A stretch of DNA of 64,000 nt from Octopus vulgaris (taxonomy: Eukaryota). Of this stretch, positions 56,126 through 64,000 are shown piece after piece; the stretch's first letter is position 1; every line of letters begins with the position of its first letter. The stretch is taken from NCBI GenBank assembly GCA_951406725.2, contig OX597823.1:9982001-10046000 (forward strand). Direction: 5' to 3'. The translations under genes and the position numbers were made by a program. Under the pieces are notes generated by a model. The model was not told where the DNA came from. It worked only from the letters and a program-made list of their open reading frames with translations, and searched no databases.

Positions 56126-56426
56126 GTGGAGTTACATGGCCTAGTGGTTAGAGCAGCGGACTCGCGGTCGAGGGATCGCGGGTTCGAATCGCAGACCGGG
56201 CGATGTATGTGTTTATGAGCGAAACACTTAAGCTCCACGCGGCTCCGGCAGAAGGTAATGGCAAACTTCTGCTGACTCTTTCGCCACAATTTTCTCTCAC
56301 TCTTTCCTCCTGCATCTTGCAGCTCACCTGCGACGGACTGGCTTCCCGTCCAGGTGGGAAACCTATACGCCAAGGAAACCGGGAAACCCGCACTAATGAG
56401 CCAGGCATGGCTCGAGAAGGAACAAA
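56126..56426 (+). mobile_element. SINE family D, 11-bp TSD
   Basis: tRNA head tggcctagtggttaga...gggttcgaatc; matches 15595-15910; TSD tatgatcatac at 56115-56125 and 56427-56437. Confidence 0.95.
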
Positions 56427-57799
56427 TATGATCATACATTTATATGGGTATTAGTATCTGTGAGGTTTCTCAAATTGTTTTACACACAGGAACGTGTGTG
56501 CGACAAGGAATATATTTTTGCTTTTAAGTAATTAACACTTCTTAATACAATATGCAAAACCACTATCAAGAGACAGCTATTCTCTATGCAATAAAGAACG
56601 CTGCTGAAATATCAGAGAAAAACCCTTTATGCAATCACAAAATGTGTTTGGATTGGCGAATTCTTATTCGAGTTACGGTCATTATCGTGTATTAGGAAAT
56701 ATGTAATGGATATTAAATCTACGTGAGAAGAAGTTTCAGATTGTCTTCACTGGAAATTGGCTAAAGGAAGAAACTTGAACTATGTAGTGGACATATCTTT
56801 TTTTCTGAAATACGTATGATTGGCCAAATCAATAGTAACTGAACCAGGGCTTAGCAACACTAACGACACTTGCTACACATTTGTTTTTCGTTGAGCGATC
56901 CTTCTACAGTGGCATTATTGTTATGTAAGGATGTGCACATGTTGAGGCAGGAATTGAAGTACAATGATCAGATGAAGGGCTGAATACTTGATTTCTTTCT
57001 ATTTCCATTCTGTTTTCTCCCTCCCCTGTGTCTCGATCTGTCTCTGTGGGTCAGTCACTTTCATTCTAACACTCGATATCTCTGTACTATTTACTGCTTG
57101 GACGCTCTTGGCGATAGGTCTATTTAATCAGGTTTAATTTGGATCTAAGTAAGAACAACAGTTCAAGAAGTAACAGTTGGTGCCTGTACGTAGTCACGTG
57201 ACCTGCAGAAAATGTCTGTCAAATATTTGTCCAAATATTAACCATACCTTCTTAAGAATGTATGGCGATGACACATTCAATTATGTATCCCTCCATTAAG
57301 CCTTGAAACATTTCTGCATTGTACGCGAGGAACATTATTTATTGTAGGCATACATGATAGAGCTATGAGGAAACAATAACAGCAAAACGGGAAAAGAAAA
57401 ACATCCATAAATAATTACGTATATGCAGTTTATAACGTTAGTTTTCAGAACCTGAAATATCGAGCATTTTCTTAGTGAAAGCCAGAAGAATGACGTGAAA
57501 TAATAATGACTTAAGTTCGTAACCTGGATCTGATTACTTGCTATCATTGTCTGTCCTAGACAAATCATGAATATTTCATTCTTATTTCTACACCATTTCA
57601 ATGTTTCTATGTAAATATTGTGAGATTGTGTTCTTGGTGTTAGCAGACAGAGAGCAGAGAAATATATCTTTCTCGGGTATCAATAATACAGAAAAATCTA
57701 TAAGAAGAATAAATGTTTAACACATTTTTTTATACAAGAGTTAAAACGCGTGAGGCTTCACTGTTTTCAAGACCTCCCTCGGCAATGAAGCACAAGGAC

Positions 57800-59340
57800 G
57801 AAATTATTTTCAAATTACTGTTACCTAAACCCATGCAAGAAAACAGATTCTTCTTATCTCACCAGGGTACCTGGTAAAAGTGTTAAATCGGGAGATGGAT
57901 TAAGACCATCAGGCAAGAACCTGTGCCATTGGTATAATCAAGGAATTTTGGTAAAATTTTCAACTAGAAATTACAACAAGATCCTATTTACTGGAATGTT
58001 CAAATTGTACTCTTCCATTTACAATTTTACACATTTCACTTTACCTATTTCACTACCATTTTTGAAGCTTCATCGCTTCAGTACTGGACTTTTCCTCTTA
58101 GCTCTACGCTGTGTTTCCAATTAATAAGTTATGTACAGTAATCCCCACACTGTTCGAGTTGAACTAAATTACATTGAGCTGATTTATAAAACTAATTGTG
58201 GCTACATGAACAATTAGTTTCGGCTTGTATAACTTTGCATCAGATATTTACATTAGCGTAGTGGAGAATTCCATGTATAAAAATGATGTATATTTAATGT
58301 AGCATAATCCTTTAGTATGACAAAATATATTGGGAATCATTAAAATGAAATTGTTATAACTATGCCCCAAGAGAGATTGAAATAGTAACATTTTACTAAC
58401 AAGCTACATCCTTTGTAATATTTTGCAGCAAAGCCTTCCGAATCCTACTGGCCAATCTCAATTCTAAATATGTAAACCAGTGATAGGAAATTAGTTTAGA
58501 TAAATTTGAATGTAAGAACACAATGATCAGTCGGACATGCGCTCACGATATTTTCAGATATTGATTTTCTTAGCTCGGTCAGTAATTACAGAAGTAATTC
58601 AAGGTCTTTTATTTCAAAACTGAATTGACTTAATAGTTCCGCTTCTGTGTGATCTGTGCTGAAATGCTCTGAATTTCACGATTCATCTTGCTTAATATGA
58701 TAACTAATGCACGAGTTTAGGACTGGTACCTAGTACAAGTACCAATGACACTTGCTCCCTCTTTTTTCTATGTATTGTTTTGTTTGTGATTCAACTATCC
58801 TGCAATTCCTTAAGTGTATAAGCGTTTATGGACTACACAGTCCTTTACGCGTAAACTCCACGCTTCGAGATAGACGGAGAATATCCGCCACCAGAATTAT
58901 TGATGTACATGAAGCAAATCGCAAAAATTGTCACTATAGTCTTACCTCTTATTCTATAATAGATCCTAGACAGATTTGTATATATCTCTTCTTTCATACA
59001 GCTAAGAGAAAAAAGCAAACAGTTTTCTTTCATAGAGATAACAGACAAAACAACGACATTCCTGAGAGTATTTTTAATCAAGGATCAGAGACATTTGCAG
59101 ATGGAAAACTCATTGTCTATCCAGATTTATTCAACAATAGAATTTGGTAGACACACAACATACATTAGCAGCTTAACTTCCTTCAAATCAAATCCCCTAA
59201 CATCCATATAAGTCAAGGTCAGAACATTGGAAAATACTGTAGTTGAAATTTCTAAAATGACAGGATGTTCGATGTTAGAATATTTTTGATCAATGTTTCT
59301 TTTTATCAAAAGATGTCTTGGGGCTAAACCACTACAAACA
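57800..59340 (+). pseudogene. Highly decayed L1/Tx1-type reverse transcriptase fossil
   Basis: Colinear motif remnants: SPG (~57858), FCSKAF (~58420), VIQG..PLL (~58593-58645), NDT (~58745), YGLHSPLRVNS (cf. FG..SGLK.N) and DGKLIV (cf. L...GK..V); many stops and frameshifts. Confidence 0.45.
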
Positions 59341-59624
59341 CAAGAACCAGAAAGATAGCGTTCTCATCATCATCATCATCACCAAGAACAACAACAACAT
59401 TATCTTCAACAACGAAGACTACACAAAGTGTGATATAAATATGTTTGACTAGTGTCTAGCACTGGCAAAATGTATAGTGACAGTGCGTATGATGTTTCAG
59501 AAAGTGCTATTGACAGCTTGGAATTATGGCAATTCTGAGTTACATTGGATGGTCCACTCGGGAAGCTATAAATCGTAAACAGCTTGACTTGCTAATAAAT
59601 AAATCAGACAACAGTCCTTTACTT

Positions 59625-60650
<1,026 letters not shown>

Positions 60651-61105
60651 CTACATCATACGAGTGTTTGTCAGCGTGTTTGAAAGTCTCTGTTTGAACA
60701 TGATATATTTTTTTTCTTTTTTTCTTTTCTTTACTTCTTACTGGATTTTATAAAAGAAAAACAAGATTCTCATTTCAGAAAGAGAATCAACACAACAAAT
60801 GCCAGTAGAAAGTGTTAGATGCCGAAACTTCAGAAATTGTTGCATATTTTTGCCGTGTTCGTTTCATACTGATTGAATGTGAAGAAAAATAGTCTCTTCA
60901 TTTGTTTAAAAGCTGAAGATTTTTTACAGATTACTAATTTTATTACTCGGTTATATAGTAACTGAACAAAGTGTGTGGGGCTGTGTAGGGTTTGGATGGA
61001 TTGGTGTGGGTGTGCGCGCGCAGGTGTTACCGCGCGTGTGTGTATACGTGAACGTAGTTACGTATGTATATACCTATGTGTGCATGTATGCATGTATGTA
61101 TATAC

Positions 61106-61173
<68 letters not shown>

Positions 61174-61348
61174 GTATGTACGTATATATATGACATCCTT
61201 GTTGCTTATTTTGATTGTAATCACCCCATTTTGAATTATATGGATAATACCATGCTATATTCTGGTACCTTCAACTTAAGTACCATATTCAACTGAATCT
61301 AAATTTTTACTGAATTTATATATATATGTATATATACGTATGTATATG

Positions 61349-61437
<89 letters not shown>

Positions 61438-61660
61438 TTATATGTATATATATATATATATGATGTTAGCTTCATCTCTTGACAGATGACATACACCACA
61501 CACCAGAGAGACAGACAGAGAAAGTGAGGGTGGCAGACAGAAAATGTTAATAGGAAAAATGTATTTAAAATCAACAACCAGCTAGCCGAAAGCAAATCTC
61601 ATTTTATGTAGTCAATATTCGATGTAATAAGTACTTACGTACACGAACAACAAACTCACG

Positions 61661-61769
<109 letters not shown>

Positions 61770-61775
61770 GTGTGT

Positions 61776-61899
61776 CCATTATTCAGTTTTGTATCAAGTT
61801 TTCTAGCCAAGAGAGAAAGATCCGGTTTCTAACCTAGATCCAGGGATCCTTGATTGAGATTTCACCATCAACAACAGCGTATTTTTGTATGTATGTATG

Positions 61900-61930
<31 letters not shown>

Positions 61931-62490
61931 GTATGTAAGTATGTAGGTGTGTATGTATGTACGTCATTTGTTCAGTTTTATTTCAAGACTAGCAGAATTG
62001 CCCGGCGTTGCTCGAGTTTGTAAGGGAAATAACTATATAAGCATTTTTAGAGATGTAAAGTATAATAGCCATCTCAATATGGCTAACCACAAGGGGGGCA
62101 TGTTACTGTAGCTTTTTACGTTCTGAGATTTAATAATAAATTTTTAGAGTGTTACTTCCCTTATATATGCCAAAAATGCATTAAAAATGAGAAAAATTGA
62201 TGGTAATTTTTTTTTTTTAATCGTAGACTCATCGTAGACGCGCGCTAATACCCAGAAAGGCTCGATATGAATCACGACTATAAGATACCCGGATTTGGTT
62301 AAACTGCACCGCAAAATGTGGGAGTAGTTAGGAATCTAAATCGTAGGAGACAGACAGCACACAACCTCTCTTTTATATATAAAGATTTCTTGCCAATACA
62401 GGAAGAGTCCTTTTGTAACCTAGATTCAAGGCTTCTCCATATGGAATTTCAACATCAACCACAGGGTATTTTTGTATGCATTTTTGTATG
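61776..62490 (+). repeat. Two diverged ~115-bp tandem units separated by (GTAT)n; the second is split by a Helitron
   Basis: ttcagtttt...tcaag.tttct.gccaa...taacctagat.ca.gg...atttca.catcaac.acag.gtatttttgtatg occurs at 61781-61891 and at 61970-61988 + 62386-62478. Confidence 0.8.
61989..62385 (-). mobile_element. Non-autonomous Helitron (family H1)
   Basis: Minus strand reads A|TCTTTATATATAAAAG...ctcgagcaacgccggg...CTAG|T. Removing it restores the host repeat (AT target, no TSD). Confidence 0.92.
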
Positions 62491-62550
62491 CAATATATAT
62501 ATAGATACATAGCCTGCTCTCTTAGCCAGCGGGATGGCGTTATTTGAAGG

Positions 62551-63728
62551 CTAAAACTGAGAATGTGTGTGTCTGTCTGTCTGTTTGTCTGTGTGTTTCC
62601 CTAAAACTTGAGAACTACACAACCAATTTCATTCAAATTTTACACATGCCTTACTTAGGGTCCGCGGAGTGTCATCGACAAAAGAAAATGTTCAACTTTT
62701 TGTCTAGGGCGAGCCCACAGCAATATCATATCTTCTCCACTACGATTCCCTAAAACTTGAGAACTACACAACCAATTCCATTCAAATTTTACACATGCCT
62801 TATTTAGGGTCCATGTAGCTTCATGGGCAAAAGAAATGTTCAACTTCTTGCCTAGAGCGAGCCCATAGCAATATCATATCTTCTCCACTATATCAGTAAT
62901 ACGTGTTAAAAGTGAAACAAAAATATTTCTCTATTTTATGTCAGATACTTTCACATTAACAGTAAAAATAATAACAATTGAATTTTATGTAGTAAGTAAT
63001 AATTAAAATCAAGCTAAGTTTTATTTTTTAGTAACATAACAAAAGTAAAATTAGCAATTGGTATAAAATTGCATCAATGATTTGAACTTGAATAAGTGGT
63101 TTCACATGAATGGAAATAAATTAAAAATAAAATTAGGGTGCAGAAATGGAATAGTCCAGATGGATAATAAAAAATTGAATTAAAGAAAATACTATTGTCT
63201 ATAAAGTATACAATGTAGAGAAAAAAAAAAAGATTTGAACACATGGAGGAAAGCACCTTCGAAAAGTGTCTTGGTGCGACTATGAAAGATATCTAATCAG
63301 AGGCGGTAAATTCGCCACAATAGAAGCAAGGTCGAGTCAACGGAGCGTGCAAGGAGGTACTCGACTCGAACTTGCAAAGTGGAAATATTTTATTTCTTAC
63401 CTTTATATCTGGGACGTAGGACGTCCCGCCAAAAAATTTTATACCCCCCCCCCCACCGAAGTAGAGGTAGGCTGGATTGTAGCCACACTTCTATACAAGA
63501 GGGAGGACAAGATACAATTAATCGAAATTACAAGAGACGGGCTAACAATTCCTGTCTGTTATATATTTTGAGTATTGTTATCACTAGCGGATCAAGATAT
63601 AACTTTGTATTTTGTATTTTATGTGTAGATGTATATATATAGATGTACATGTATTATGTACACATATATATACACATATATACATGCACTAGCACTATGA
63701 CCCGGCAACGACGGGTCTTTAATGCTAG
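62551..63728 (+). mobile_element. Non-autonomous Helitron (H2-related 3' end) with internal ~150-bp tandem duplication and an ORF1 fragment
   Basis: 5' region with (GTCT)n and aactacacaaccaatttcattcaaattttacac; duplication 62598-62747/62748-62890; 3' actagcactatgacccggcaacgacgggtc...gCTAG|T. The 5' terminus is not clean. Confidence 0.7.
63240..63545 (+). pseudogene. Third ORF1 fragment homologous to 10170-10450
   Basis: YLIRGGKFATIEAR...TEVEVGWIVATLLYKRED versus FYIRGEKYGTVEVR...PEIEVAWLVAAIMYNR. Confidence 0.75.
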
Positions 63729-63740
63729 TATATATATATA

Positions 63741-64000
63741 TAAACTTAGATAAAATTAGATATGTTTCGACGAATGATTGGTCCAGGCCATGTCTAACTT
63801 AATAGCACTACCTGATAGGATTATTTAAATCCTGTTTAAGTCAAGTCTTGTTTATGGTCCATTCAAGTAGTGAGTTTTTGTTGGATGAGTTGTATCCAAT
63901 TATGGGTGGCTTATCTGGTATTCCTTGAAGGAATCTATCCAGACTCCGTTTAAAGTTGGTAGGATCCTGTTCCTCTTTGATCTCTTTCGGGACAATGTTA
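63741..64000 (-). mobile_element. CR1/L2-group LINE 3' end (ORF2 C-terminus + 3' UTR), running off the window
   Basis: 63999-63841 translates NIVPKEIKEEQDPTNFKRSLDRFLQGIPDKPPIIGYNSSNKNSLLEWTINKT*, matching the N.LP..I....FK..LD.FL..IPD.P...GY motif. Confidence 0.85.

Noticed and set aside
56126-56200. tRNA-like sequences with A/B boxes (also 4946, 11580-11654, 25627)
   Set aside because: They are SINE heads continuing into SINE bodies, several with TSDs; no complete acceptor stem, so not tRNA genes.
57262-57285. YGDDT as an RT catalytic motif
   Set aside because: It is isolated and out of order relative to the RT motif series at 57800-59340.
61776-62890. Spaced direct repeats as a CRISPR-like array
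   Set aside because: Only two units of 115-150 bp each, no repeat-spacer periodicity, eukaryotic context and no cas genes.

Overview
AT-rich, microsatellite-saturated eukaryotic non-coding DNA. The repeat content (tRNA-derived SINE families resembling the octopus OK/OR1/OR2 SINEs, very dense (TA)n, (CA)n, (TATC)n and (TACA)n) points to an octopus or other coleoid cephalopod genome; this is an inference. No intact host gene is evident, and nearly all listed ORFs are microsatellite or SINE artefacts. One 127-bp minus-strand candidate exon (1929-2055) has good splice signals. The window is dominated by mobile DNA: four tRNA-SINE families, three copies of a TIR element carrying internal TTAGGG repeats, four non-autonomous Helitrons, Penelope-like (PLE) remnants, Tx1/L1-clade LINE remnants, an RTE-like 5' fragment and a CR1-group 3' end. 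Most notable: (1) four unrelated short modules embedded in (TA)n arrays each fold by hand into a type I hammerhead ribozyme, some as inverted dimers, with atypical cores (CCGA, or U at position 6); (2) a (TATC)n-inserted Tx1 LINE, an ORF1-only 'half-LINE' and an abundant SINE share a similar 3' stem-loop tail, suggesting one mobilisation system; (3) one MITE copy is flanked by a 65-bp duplication while its siblings have 8-bp TSDs. All family assignments are by eye, without database searches.
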